NCBI GenBank assembly: GCA_033813515.1
Contig: JAPXRQ010000002.1
Location: 1 to 52,285, forward strand
From: Thermomicrobiales bacterium
GTDB taxonomy: Bacteria; Chloroflexota; Chloroflexia; Thermomicrobiales; UBA6265
Length of the DNA: 52,285 nt
Direction of reading: 5' to 3'
The translations under genes were made by a program, and so were the position numbers. Positions 18,401-27,577 of the stretch are shown here, in pieces (the first letter of the stretch is position 1; every line of letters begins with the position of its first letter). Below the pieces are notes generated by a model. That model was given only the letters and a program-made list of their open reading frames with translations, did not search any database and was not told the origin of the DNA.

Positions 18401-21400
18401 GGCAGCCATCTGTCTGATTGATGATGTTCAGTGCGCCACCATCTTCGTCTGGCACGCGGAGGACCGCATTCTTGAGGTCGAAAGCGAAAGTGCCCGCCCG
18501 ACCTGGTTGGCTCGATCCACAACCGGCGAGCGCATTGATGCCCAAACCTGGCATCAGGCAGGATGGACCGCCCGCGCCAACGAGATCAGCCACTTCTGGA
18601 TGGGCGATTCGCGTCTGACTGAAGAAGCAGAGGTGTTGCTCGATCACTCCGACGCCGGCTCCATGCTCGTGTTCCCGCTCATCAACAAGGCCCAGATCGA
18701 CGGCGTCCTCGCGCTGCGCCGGAATGCCACTGGTCCATTTGCGCAGGACACGATCGAACTCGGCGGTCTTCTCGCCGCACACCTCGCTCCGGTCGTGCAC
18801 AACCTGCGTGGGCGGGAGGATCAGGCGCGGATCGAAGCCGAGAACGCAATTCTTCTCGAGATCTCCAATGTTGCCGCCCGCTCAAACAATGCCGGCGCAA
18901 TCCATGAAGCCATCCTGTCCGGGCTGTGCGATCTATCCAATGGCACGGCCGGTTGGTTGTTTGCTGCAACTCCGGACAACCTGGCTCACGAGTGCATCAC
19001 CGAAACGCGTCGTGATCACCTCGGGCTGCACGACACGCGCTGGCTCAACACACAGCCGCCGCTGCCACTCGAGATGCTGCGCAACGATCGTCCCGTGACG
19101 ATCCCGTCGCTCGCTGACATCGAGTTGGCGCCGAACCTGCGTGCCGAACTCGAACGTGCGGCGGCCGACAGTTGCGTGGTCGTGCCGATCTTGCTCGGGA
19201 AGTCGACGAGTGGCGTCCTTGTCATTGCGTATCCGGAAAGCAAGCGCATCACCCGAGTCGAACTCGGCTCGCTCTGGTCGGTCGCAGAACGCGCCAGTCT
19301 GATCGTCGAGAAGGCCCGCGCCTCCCACGAAGAGCGCCAGGTGGCCGAGCAGCGTTCCATCCTGCTTCAGGTCAGCCAGGCATCCAGCAATGCGTTTGAT
19401 CTTGATCGTGCCCTGGCCGAAATCACGCAGGCCAGTCTCCGCATCGCCAATTCCGAGAGCTGCGCAATCGAACTGTACGAGCCGGATCTCAACCAACTGG
19501 TGCTCCGCAGCACAGCCCGGGTCACTGACTGGGTGATCACGGACAATCTTGACGGCAAGATCCGTCCGTTCGGCAGCTGGTCTATCGACGAAGAGATCCG
19601 GACCAATCTGCAGGTCAACCTCTCCTCCAGCGATGATCCGCGCGTCTCCGGACAAATGCGCGCGGATATGGACCACTTCCATACCGAGAGCATTGTTGGC
19701 CGTGCCCTGATCAGCAACGGCCAATACATCGGCGCGTTTTACATCTTCTCCCGATCGCGTCATGCCTACGACGGCAACGATCTCTGGACCATCAACGAAA
19801 TCTCCGAGCGTATCGTCGCTACCGTTCAGAACGCACGCAGCCTCGAGGCAGAACGCCGTCTTGCCCTGGAACGCGAGCGTCTTCTGCAGATCAGTGAGGC
19901 AGCGACCAGTTCCCTCGAAACCGGATCCGTGCTCCAGCAGATCGCCAACTCGACCATCGGCCTTGCCGGCGCTGAGTGCTGCCACATCGAAACAATCGAC
20001 TGGGACCGCTGCGAGTTCGTCACCGAAGCCTTCGCCTGCGTTGGCGATTGGGCGCAGGCGGATACGCCAATGGTCGGTCTGCGATCGCCGATTGGCCAAT
20101 GGGTCATTGACGAGGAATCGATCTCCAGCACCGGGGTCATCGTCATCGAATCCCAACAGGACAAGCGGGTAACCGGCCAACTCCGCACCGATATGGTCGA
20201 CTTTGGCACCCAATCCATCATCCTGATTCCGATCTGGCTGCGTGAGGAATGCATCGGCATCCTCAATCTCTACTCACGGCGCGCCCAGGCGTTCTCCCTC
20301 GATCAGCAGTTGCTCGCCTCGACCCTGGCCAAGCAGGCGGCCAATGCAATCCAGAACGCGCGGACGCATACCCTCGAACGGGCGCGCCGCTATCAGCAGG
20401 AAGCCCTCGTTCGCCTCTCTAACGCGGCGACCTCCAGCCTCGATCTCCTCCAGGCGATGAAGGCCCTTTGCCAGGAAATCCACGCCCAGACCGGACTCGA
20501 TTCCGCGACAGTCGGCATCTTCCGTACCGACCTCAACAGCTTCGAGATCGCGGCCGACTTCACGATTGAAGAATGGGACTACCGAGCCGCAATCGGCGAA
20601 ATCATTGCGGTCAGCGATTATCCGGTGCTCGAACAAGTCCTGAGCAGCACAGATACGGTCAGGGTCCGCCTCGGGGTATCCGACGAACTCCCGGCCGTGC
20701 CGACTCCGTACCACCAGCATCTGCAGGATATGGCACTCATACCGCTCTGGTTCAACGATGCCTGCGTGGGATACGTCGGGCTCTTTGACCGTCGACCAAA
20801 TGGAATCAGCGATGAACACATCTCGTTGATCGAATCGGCGGGACAGACCATCGTGCTGGCTGTCTCAAACGCGCTGCAGTGGCGGGACGAACGCCGTCGC
20901 TCCGGCAACCGCTCCGCGATCGTGGAAGTGGGCAGAATCGCGGTTTCTGATGCGCCCCTCTCCACCAAACTCGACCGGGTGACCAGCGCCTGCCTGCAGA
21001 TCCACGAAGTAGACGCCTCGTTCATCGTCTCCCTTGATGAAGGTGCCAACCTCGGCTACCTCGCCTGGTCGGACCCGTCCTACACCGACGACACGCAGCC
21101 ACCGGATCTCTCCGGGCTCCATCTCTCCGGCATTCTGGATCGCATCACCGACGAGGGCGGAATCATCAGTTTTTCGAATGCCGATCCCGACCTGCCATCC
21201 TCGCTGCAGGCAATCTGCCTTGTCGATCGACCCCGTCAGATCGTTGGCTTCCCGCTGCGTACCGACGAGCGCCCTCTGGGTTACCTCGTCTTTGCCTCCA
21301 ATCGGAGCGTGCCGATCGACGAGGAACTCCGCAATGTAGGGCGCGAACTGGCAACACAGGTCTCGCTGACCATTTCGTCGTCGCGTCTGCTCGAAACCAC

Positions 21401-22469
21401 GCGCCGGTATGCCAGCGAGCAGAGCGCGCTCCTGGCCGTCAATCGCTCGGTCATGTCTGCCACCCAGCGCTCCTTGCAGGAAGCCCTGGAACACATTTCG
21501 CTCGAAACGATGGCGCTCATCGCTGCCGACTGCTGCGAAATTGAGGGCCTCCTCGAGGGTCAGCACGCCACTGAGTTGCTCGCCCAGGTCAAGACCAATG
21601 ATTGGGATTTCGATATCAGTGGATACGGCCGCATTCTTCCGCTGGCTGAGTGGCCCGTCACCACCCGGGTCCTCGAGTCGCGCCTGCCCGTAACCATGAA
21701 CACGGACAGCACCGAGTTGAGCCCATACGAACGCCAGGTCCTGTCGCAGTTCGGCGCATCGTCAGTTCTCATCGCACCCATGACCCTGGGCGAACGGACG
21801 AGCGGGATCATCGCCTTCTATTCCCGCCAGCGCGACTTCTTCTCCGGCGAACAGGTTCGCCTGGCGATGGAGTTCGGCAGCCTCGCCGCCCTGGCCATCG
21901 ATCGCGCCCGCACCCATCAGGCCCTGTCGGAACAGGCAAGCCGCGACGGTCTCACCGGCCTCCTCAACCGCCGCGCCCTCATCCACCATCTCGATCACCA
22001 GATCGCGGTGGCCGAGCGAGCCGACGATCTGGTCTCGGTCCTCATGATCGACCTCAACGAATTCAAGGCCGTCAACGACCGCCATGGCCACCTGATCGGC
22101 GACACGGTCCTGCGCGAGTTCGCATCTCAATTGGAGGCGCTGCTCCGCTCGTCCGATCTGGTCGGACGGTATGGAGGCGATGAGTTCATGGCGATCCTGC
22201 CCGGAACCGACATGGTTGCCGCCATCTCCCTGGCGCGCCGGATCTACGATGCCATTGTCTCGTCGGCCATTACCCTTCCCGATGGATCGAGTATCACGCT
22301 CTCGTGCTCGATCGGTGCGGCAACGTATCCTCTGGATGCCACCGACCGGGAGGGGCTCATTGAAATCGCCGACCGTGCCATGTACCTCACCAAGAACGCG
22401 AACAGTGCTCCGAAACAGGTGCAAAAGACCCAAACCGGGACCCTGTTCCTCCGCAGCAGCGCCGACTGA
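15426..22469 (+). CDS. Membrane-anchored multi-GAF diguanylate cyclase (about 8-9 TM helices, 11 GAF domains, GGDEF)
   Basis: 2347 aa from ATG 15426 (MAVVLVVGALVLSLSTVAKL...). The first roughly 260 aa are hydrophobic helices. Eleven units of about 170 aa follow, each ending in the GAF-type strand-loop-strand signature. Examples are SLLIPIHSAENAIGLLELWS, ALSVPLRNEDRFVGGLLLVS, WLALPLTVQDRPIGLLQVLS, SIILIPIWLREECIGILNLYS and SVLIAPMTLGERTSGIIAFYS. The C-terminus is a canonical GGDEF domain. Confidence 0.9.
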   Translation: MAVVLVVGALVLSLSTVAKLIRSTPSLRTGWIATGLALLLLSASALTYNHHQNASNWLLITAAAAFVTGAAWAWWMDRRSRWTWDEACDGLTALVVTVGCGWQLLLGPLHHNHTTGGDLLAAIVLVTALALVSLMFVTVGSSRCLEALVTPIFALGVTAFAVSQAEVLIRWRSQIGPSASDWLMIAFLGAAMFVVAQGRLRPSRVAAGASTQSFRTTMIFCVATLIPITASVAQAIESERGYGLCAMMLVLTLTVLTLRFVRFIRQISRLEANRMTRDSLITIPVGALSVDSDRDFETLLGKVLELGANIFDAERAQLSLTFGAADGAERFHIDRGLTDTEQTILHTHPRLDPSICLAQDGTWRPLRIRRDDIVLPVATQGAWAVAGKMESLLIPIHSAENAIGLLELWSPNNDLAIRDGDLDTAATFGADAGQAIEHAYLVVRTRSQVEQAEMLLTVSEVFSRGHRLDLCLSQVAERLLGRGGSDRITIGVIERQRSEIQIAAEFDRDPASHQTRAGFRFPLDQWLTYSELRRSGNVEIWSRAESVGSEDPRLTILDQHDAESLLAIPAYIDGQLRVIIQIVSRTNVLSDSAELRAIWRVVAQQIQFGIESISALQESRRSERLEALRRRINEALQSVDDLTQNYESIARAFHRVPDVHGATILSWDDDRRGFVVEADWAEPPIASWDIGTLVSTDSNDLLAEISDSSGPRMMWQDSQTLSDEQRERMVRHHIGTALSVPLRNEDRFVGGLLLVSHNRNGFSEETVSLAGQLAATLSLVMKAIELRRQQASQADEQAFKLQLMEAATSRDDPQQALEAIARIGLGRHGAESINIAFFDHPNNRIIIAADTTLPDWPGVDAPGTVLPILRGSVQEEALISGRLAEYSSLDADLNEHSRSDIDLYGAEAWLALPLTVQDRPIGLLQVLSRDPHAFPLQRKRLWGEISHQIAPVVRSLQLSMDNDRLSLQRQLGARINEVAAVSTRIQETWDQLAAICLIDDVQCATIFVWHAEDRILEVESESARPTWLARSTTGERIDAQTWHQAGWTARANEISHFWMGDSRLTEEAEVLLDHSDAGSMLVFPLINKAQIDGVLALRRNATGPFAQDTIELGGLLAAHLAPVVHNLRGREDQARIEAENAILLEISNVAARSNNAGAIHEAILSGLCDLSNGTAGWLFAATPDNLAHECITETRRDHLGLHDTRWLNTQPPLPLEMLRNDRPVTIPSLADIELAPNLRAELERAAADSCVVVPILLGKSTSGVLVIAYPESKRITRVELGSLWSVAERASLIVEKARASHEERQVAEQRSILLQVSQASSNAFDLDRALAEITQASLRIANSESCAIELYEPDLNQLVLRSTARVTDWVITDNLDGKIRPFGSWSIDEEIRTNLQVNLSSSDDPRVSGQMRADMDHFHTESIVGRALISNGQYIGAFYIFSRSRHAYDGNDLWTINEISERIVATVQNARSLEAERRLALERERLLQISEAATSSLETGSVLQQIANSTIGLAGAECCHIETIDWDRCEFVTEAFACVGDWAQADTPMVGLRSPIGQWVIDEESISSTGVIVIESQQDKRVTGQLRTDMVDFGTQSIILIPIWLREECIGILNLYSRRAQAFSLDQQLLASTLAKQAANAIQNARTHTLERARRYQQEALVRLSNAATSSLDLLQAMKALCQEIHAQTGLDSATVGIFRTDLNSFEIAADFTIEEWDYRAAIGEIIAVSDYPVLEQVLSSTDTVRVRLGVSDELPAVPTPYHQHLQDMALIPLWFNDACVGYVGLFDRRPNGISDEHISLIESAGQTIVLAVSNALQWRDERRRSGNRSAIVEVGRIAVSDAPLSTKLDRVTSACLQIHEVDASFIVSLDEGANLGYLAWSDPSYTDDTQPPDLSGLHLSGILDRITDEGGIISFSNADPDLPSSLQAICLVDRPRQIVGFPLRTDERPLGYLVFASNRSVPIDEELRNVGRELATQVSLTISSSRLLETTRRYASEQSALLAVNRSVMSATQRSLQEALEHISLETMALIAADCCEIEGLLEGQHATELLAQVKTNDWDFDISGYGRILPLAEWPVTTRVLESRLPVTMNTDSTELSPYERQVLSQFGASSVLIAPMTLGERTSGIIAFYSRQRDFFSGEQVRLAMEFGSLAALAIDRARTHQALSEQASRDGLTGLLNRRALIHHLDHQIAVAERADDLVSVLMIDLNEFKAVNDRHGHLIGDTVLREFASQLEALLRSSDLVGRYGGDEFMAILPGTDMVAAISLARRIYDAIVSSAITLPDGSSITLSCSIGAATYPLDATDREGLIEIADRAMYLTKNANSAPKQVQKTQTGTLFLRSSAD
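16290..21930 (+). other. Array of 11 tandem, mutually divergent GAF domains (protein level)
   Basis: I counted eleven recurrences of the x-hydrophobic-(I/V/L)P(I/L)-x5-7-(I/V)G-x-(L/F/I)-x-(L/V/I/F) motif, each followed by an amphipathic linker helix ending in R/E-rich sequence. Spacing is about 165-180 aa. Boundaries are approximate. Confidence 0.7.
21930..22400 (+). other. GGDEF (diguanylate cyclase) domain with intact active site and RxxD I-site
   Basis: The domain begins DGLTGLLNRRAL...MIDLNEFKAVNDRHGHLIGD. The I-site RSSD is at 22146-22157, exactly five residues before GGDEF at 22173-22187 (RSSDLVGRYGGDEF). This is the same spacing as PleD RAIDLPCRYGGEEF. Confidence 0.85.
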
Positions 22470-22502
22470 CACCGAATCGCGCCGCGAAGCGTTGATGCCG
22501 GT

Positions 22503-23861
22503 ATGAAACGCACCCTTGGCCTTGCCCTGCTCCTCCTGACCTCATTCGCCACCCTGCTCCCGGCTTCTGCCCAGGACAGCGCACCGGTCAGCGTAATTGC
22601 GGGACACCTCATCAATCCGCACGGGCTCGCCATCGCGTCCGATGGAAGCCTGGTGATCGCCGAGGCAGGATCCGGCGGCGATGCCATTGCGACCGATACC
22701 GGCCCCTTCGTCAACGGCGCTACCGGACGCATCAGCCGGATCGAAAGTGGTTGTCCGGTAGTCCTTGCAGACGGACTCCCCTCAGCCCGAGCCGAGACAG
22801 GCGAGATCGTCGGTCCATCCGGTGTGGCTGTTCTCGGCGACCGGATTTTCGCCCTGTCTGCCGGTGGAGGAGCCAGTCATGGTTCGCCCGAGACGGTGAC
22901 TGCCGTCGTCGAGGTCACTGGCGGACAACTCACACCGATCGCTGACCTCACCGCCTGGTTGGCGAGCAATCCCGTTGCCAATCCTCCGCAAAATCCCGAT
23001 GCGGACGGCCTCTGGACCTCGCTCATCGCCACACCGGATGGTTCCGCCCTCGTCGCAGTCGAACAAATCCAGGGTCAGGTCGTCCGCATCGGGCTAGATG
23101 GGACCATCACCCGCCTCGCTGATCTCTCCGCCGGTCACGCCAATCCGATTGATGCCGCCTTCAATCCCGACGGCACACTGGAAGTTGCCCTGTTTTCGCC
23201 TGATCCCTACGCAGCCGGCACCGCATCAGTCGTCGCAATCGCCGCGGATGGATCGCAGTCCCCAGTCTGGACCGGACTAACCATGGCGACCGCGTTGGCA
23301 TTCGGACCGGATGGCTCGCGCTATGTCGCCGAGTTCTCCGAAGGCCGGACAGAGCCGCCGTATTTCGTTCCAGGCAGCGGGCGCATCGTGCACCAGACCG
23401 GTCCGGACACGAGTGAAGTGGTGGTCAGCGATGTCAATTTCCCCGGCGACATCCTGTTCGGCCCGGATGGAGCGCTGCTGATTGGTCTCCCCACAGTCGG
23501 CTCGGAGAATGGCACCGGCCAGATTCTCAGTGTTGTCCCATCCGGGCAGCCGATTGCCCTGCAATCAACCAATCTCACCGACCCTGCCTGTGGCGGAGAA
23601 GTAACCACCACACTGGTCAAGGTCTCCGATCTCGGACTCGACCCCTCCAACATCGCGATCGCGGTCGGCTCTACGGTCACCTGGCGCAATGTCGGCGAGT
23701 TTGACCATGCCGTCGCCTCGGATCAATCAAGTTCCGTGCAATGGGATTCCGGCGTCCTGACCCCTGGCATGGAGTTCTCGGTCACATTCACCGAGCCAGG
23801 CACCTACACCTATTACGACGGACTCTTCCCGGATCGCACGGGCCAGATCACCGTCCAGTAG
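22503..23861 (+). CDS. Secreted ScyD/ScyE-like beta-propeller protein with C-terminal cupredoxin-like domain
   Basis: 452 aa with a Sec signal peptide MKRTLGLALLLLTSFATLLPASA/QD. It has repeated GP.G(L/V)A...DG.L(Y/V/I)(V/I)AE-type blades (NPHGLAIASDGSLVIAEAGSGG, GPSGVAVLGDRIF, ALAFGPDGSRYVAEF, DILFGPDGALLIG). The last roughly 85 aa have the plastocyanin-like pattern (IAIAVGSTVTWRNVGEFDHAV...GTYTYYDGLFPDRTGQITVQ). Confidence 0.7.
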   Translation: MKRTLGLALLLLTSFATLLPASAQDSAPVSVIAGHLINPHGLAIASDGSLVIAEAGSGGDAIATDTGPFVNGATGRISRIESGCPVVLADGLPSARAETGEIVGPSGVAVLGDRIFALSAGGGASHGSPETVTAVVEVTGGQLTPIADLTAWLASNPVANPPQNPDADGLWTSLIATPDGSALVAVEQIQGQVVRIGLDGTITRLADLSAGHANPIDAAFNPDGTLEVALFSPDPYAAGTASVVAIAADGSQSPVWTGLTMATALAFGPDGSRYVAEFSEGRTEPPYFVPGSGRIVHQTGPDTSEVVVSDVNFPGDILFGPDGALLIGLPTVGSENGTGQILSVVPSGQPIALQSTNLTDPACGGEVTTTLVKVSDLGLDPSNIAIAVGSTVTWRNVGEFDHAVASDQSSSVQWDSGVLTPGMEFSVTFTEPGTYTYYDGLFPDRTGQITVQ

Positions 23862-24096
23862 ACCATCCATCCGCGCAAGACCCGCCCATGGCATGGCAGG
23901 ACGAATTGGCCACCGCCAGGCAGGCTCAGCAATCGTCCATCGAGGTCTGCAGTCGCCCCAAACGCGGCGTGCACCTCACCACAACGTGACCATCGGGCTA
24001 TCCGGTCTTTGGGACCTTCCGGCTAGGCTGATACGGATCGGCACCCCGCCGGTTTGGCTGCACACGGAAGGACAGCGGCGCCGCAATGCCGTCATC

Positions 24097-25209
24097 ATGA
24101 ATCGGCCACGGATTGACCGCATCACCCTGATCATCAGTTCGCTCACCACCGGCGGAGCGGAGCGCGTGATGACGACCATGGCCAATGCCTGGGTCGCGCG
24201 GGGACGCACGGTCAGCATGGTGACGCTCACCGGACCTGACATGGCGCCGTTCTACCCCCTTGATCCGGCAATCAATTTGATCCCGCTCGGACAGGCCGCT
24301 CCCTCGCGCACGCCGATCGATGCCGCCCGCGCCAACACACACCGCCTGATCGCGCTTCGGGATGCAATCACCAGGACGGACCCCGATATCGTCATCAGTT
24401 TTCTCGACACCACCAACATCCGGACGCTCCTCGCCACCGTCGGCTTATCCGTGCCGGTGATCGTTGCTGAGCACACCGATCCTGGCCTCAAACAGATGCC
24501 TCGCGTCTGGAGTGGTTTGCGCCGCGCGACGTATCCGCGCGCCAGACAAGTCGTCGTGCTCAGTCACTCCGCCCGCGAGTACTTTCCAAGTCGGATCCAG
24601 TCCCACACAACCGTCCTTCCCAATCCGGTTGCGATCGATCCGACAGCACCACGCACGACACCCGCCGCCCGACAGTCCATCGCGGCGATGGGCCGGTTTG
24701 GCCCTGAAAAGGGATTCGATCTCCTGCTCGATGCCTTCGCTCGCATCGCCGAAACGCAACCCGCGTGGGATCTGGTTATCTGGGGCGATGGGGCGCTTCG
24801 AGCGGACCTAGAGACGCGCCGTGACCACCTCGGATTGCACAACCGGGTCGCGCTGCCAGGACGCACCACCGAACCCCATCATGCCCTGCGCCAATCAGAA
24901 ATCTTCGCGCTCTCGTCTCGCCGTGAGGGCTTTCCGATGGTGCTGGCCGAAGCGCTGGCCTGCGGATTGCCTGCCGTTGCCTTCAACATCTCCAGCGGCA
25001 TCAGCGACATTCTTCGCCCCGGTCTGGATGGCCTGCTTGTCGAACCCGGCGATGTGCCCGGTTTTGCTGCCGCATTGGACCGACTGATCACCGACCCCGC
25101 CGAACGTGCCCGAATGTCCACCAACGGCCCCCATGTCCTCGAACGCTTCGGCGTCGAAACGGTCATGGATCGCTGGGATGCCCTGATTGCCGATGTGGTG
25201 GCCGCATGA
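24097..25209 (+). CDS. GT4-family glycosyltransferase
   Basis: 370 aa from ATG 24097 (MNRPRIDRITLIISSLTTGGAERVM...). It has the C-terminal GT-B/GT4 EX7E region SRREGFPMVLAEALACGLPAVAF...GLDGLLVEPGD. Confidence 0.85.
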   Translation: MNRPRIDRITLIISSLTTGGAERVMTTMANAWVARGRTVSMVTLTGPDMAPFYPLDPAINLIPLGQAAPSRTPIDAARANTHRLIALRDAITRTDPDIVISFLDTTNIRTLLATVGLSVPVIVAEHTDPGLKQMPRVWSGLRRATYPRARQVVVLSHSAREYFPSRIQSHTTVLPNPVAIDPTAPRTTPAARQSIAAMGRFGPEKGFDLLLDAFARIAETQPAWDLVIWGDGALRADLETRRDHLGLHNRVALPGRTTEPHHALRQSEIFALSSRREGFPMVLAEALACGLPAVAFNISSGISDILRPGLDGLLVEPGDVPGFAAALDRLITDPAERARMSTNGPHVLERFGVETVMDRWDALIADVVAA

Positions 25210-26354
25210 AGATGCTCTTCCTGCATCGCTTTCGCAACTTTGCCGGGGCAGAACGCCAACTCGTCGAACTGGCGCGCGGCCTCTCCGACCGGGGTCATCA
25301 GATCACCGTCGTTACCTTTTATCGATCCGGGCAGGTCACCGCACTGCTCGAACCGGCCGGCGTCCGTGTCATCTCGCTGGACAAATCCGGGCGGTGGGAT
25401 CTGGCCGGGTTCATCTGGCGCCTCCTCCGTACGCTGCGCCGGGAGCGAGCCGAGATTGTCCATGGCTACCTGGGCTTTGCCAACGCCCTCCTCGCCCTGA
25501 CCAAACCCGTCCACCGTGCGCGCGTCGTCTGGGGCGTACGCTCCTCCGATATCGACATCTCTCGCTACGATCGCCTCGCCCGCCTTGATGCCTGGATCGA
25601 GGCGGCGCTCAGTCGGCTCCCCGATCTCATCATTTCCAACAGCGCCTCCGGCCGCACCGCCGCCATTGCCCGTGGATTTCCCGAGGCGAAAGTCATCGTC
25701 ATTCCAAACGGTGTGGATCTCCACCGATTCAGGCGTTCGGAAGTCGATCGCGCCCGCGTCCGCTCCGAATGGGATGTCCCCGATACCATCAAGGTTGTTG
25801 GACGCGTTGGGCGGATTGATCCCCAGAAGGACTTCGAAACCTTCCTCCGCGCTGCGAAGGTGATTCGGGGCGCACGATCAGACATTCGATTTGCGCTCGT
25901 CGCGTCCGATCCCCACGGAGTTCGCGACCGGTTGCAGGCATTCGCTACCGAACTCGGCTTCACCAATGAACTGATCTGGAACAACGCCAGAGAGGACATG
26001 GCTGCCGTCTACAGTGCATTCGATCTGAATGTCTCCAGTTCAGCCTACGGCGAGGGAATTCCGAATGTCCTCGTCGAAGCGATGGCCTGCGGTGTTCCCT
26101 GTGTCACCACCGATGTCGGCGATTCGGCCGCGACCATCGTTGCGCCCGGTCAGGTCGTACCCCGGCAGGATCCAGACGCGCTCGCCTCGGCCATCCTCGT
26201 TGCACTCGATCAGCCAGCCGACCCCGCACTGCTTCGGCAGGCCATGGCCGAGCGGTACAGCATGGAGCGGTTGGTCACATCGAGCGAAGCCGCGTTTCAG
26301 GCTGTCCTCGATGGCAACACTGCTGGATTGCGACAGGAGCAGCCGGGATGGTAA
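25206..26354 (+). CDS. GT4-family glycosyltransferase
   Basis: 382 aa with an ATGA overlap with the preceding gene. Motifs seen: FAGAERQLVELARGL and SAYGEGIPNVLVEAMACGVPCVTTDVGD. Confidence 0.85.
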   Translation: MKMLFLHRFRNFAGAERQLVELARGLSDRGHQITVVTFYRSGQVTALLEPAGVRVISLDKSGRWDLAGFIWRLLRTLRRERAEIVHGYLGFANALLALTKPVHRARVVWGVRSSDIDISRYDRLARLDAWIEAALSRLPDLIISNSASGRTAAIARGFPEAKVIVIPNGVDLHRFRRSEVDRARVRSEWDVPDTIKVVGRVGRIDPQKDFETFLRAAKVIRGARSDIRFALVASDPHGVRDRLQAFATELGFTNELIWNNAREDMAAVYSAFDLNVSSSAYGEGIPNVLVEAMACGVPCVTTDVGDSAATIVAPGQVVPRQDPDALASAILVALDQPADPALLRQAMAERYSMERLVTSSEAAFQAVLDGNTAGLRQEQPGW

Positions 26355-27577
26355 CGATCAATCCCGGTGAGATCTACCGCAAATTCCTTGTTATCTTCGC
26401 GGTGGGCATGTTCTTCACCAACTTCGCCGATTACAGCCAACGCTGGGGCCTGATTCCGCTTTTCTGGATTGCCTTGCTGATCGGTCTTTCGTTCCCGCTC
26501 GTGTTGTCGGGGCTCTATCGCGGGCACCTGACTGTTCCCCCCCTGCTTTGGTGGGCGCTGTTCTATCTCGGTCTGAGCGTGATCTGGTTCTATCGCACTG
26601 AACAGGATGCCGTTGCCTACCAGGAGGTGCAGACCCGCATCCTGGCGGTGGTGTTCCTCTTCCTCGGCCTGATGATCGTCAGTCGCGAAAGCGATCAAAA
26701 ACTCGCGCGCCAGGCCGTGGCCGTTGCTGTCCTGATTGCCACCGCGCTCAATGTCTACGAGTTCTTCAATCCGATGACGTTCAGCACCATCCCCGGCCGA
26801 TCATCAGGCATCTACACGAATGTCAATCAGAGCGGGGCCGCGCTCGTGCTCGGTCTCATCCTCGCCTATCAGGTCATCCCCGATCGCTTCAAAATGCTCT
26901 TTGTCGCAATCACCGCCGCCGGAATCTTCCCCACCTTTTCCCGCTCGGCGATGATCGGCTGGTTGATTGTTGTCACCTACCTCTGGTTGCGTTCCGGCCT
27001 GATAACCCAACTTCGCCGCCTGATTATCTTCAGCCTGTCCGGTGTCATTCTCACCTGGTCACCGATCTGGAAAAATCTCGAGCAGACAATCGAGAACAGA
27101 GGCGTGCTCAATCTGAACGTCCTCGAGCGCATTTCCTTCTTCACCGCCGGAACACGCACCGACGACTCCGCGAACGAACGCAAGGCGGTCGCCCATCGCG
27201 CCTGGGATCTCTTCGGTCAACAACCGATTCTGGGATGGGGTACCGGCGCCAGTCGCCACATCGAAGGCTTTGATGTCGGCACACACAACATCTACCTCGC
27301 GATGATGGTCGATCACGGACTGCTCGGGCTCTTCGTGATTCCGATCCTGATCCTCGCCGTGCTCTGGGGGGCAAATCGCCGCACCATGGACGTCACCATT
27401 CCCTTCACCAGTTTCATCCTGATCTGGGGCATGTTCAGCCACAATGTCCTCGAAGAGCGGTTCATCCTGTTTTCGGTTGCTCTGGTTGCGGCCATGGTGG
27501 CGTCCAATCGCACCGCACCCGCAGTTGAACGCACCGTGATACCTGCCGTCCTCACACCCGCCCGGGAGATGGCGTGA
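26348..27577 (+). CDS. O-antigen ligase/polymerase-like (Wzy_C family) integral membrane protein
   Basis: 409 aa with about 10 or more TM helices. It has the Wzy_C-type loop (IFPTFSRSAMIGWLIVVTYLW) and a larger loop before the last helices. It overlaps the upstream GT gene by 7 bp. Confidence 0.75.
   Translation: MVTINPGEIYRKFLVIFAVGMFFTNFADYSQRWGLIPLFWIALLIGLSFPLVLSGLYRGHLTVPPLLWWALFYLGLSVIWFYRTEQDAVAYQEVQTRILAVVFLFLGLMIVSRESDQKLARQAVAVAVLIATALNVYEFFNPMTFSTIPGRSSGIYTNVNQSGAALVLGLILAYQVIPDRFKMLFVAITAAGIFPTFSRSAMIGWLIVVTYLWLRSGLITQLRRLIIFSLSGVILTWSPIWKNLEQTIENRGVLNLNVLERISFFTAGTRTDDSANERKAVAHRAWDLFGQQPILGWGTGASRHIEGFDVGTHNIYLAMMVDHGLLGLFVIPILILAVLWGANRRTMDVTIPFTSFILIWGMFSHNVLEERFILFSVALVAAMVASNRTAPAVERTVIPAVLTPAREMA

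Noticed and set aside
26348-27577. Impression that the Wzy-like gene is GC-poorer, suggesting horizontal acquisition
   Set aside because: A spot count of one 60-nt line gave about 58 % GC, close to the surrounding sequence. I cannot compute a window-wide profile, so no claim is made.
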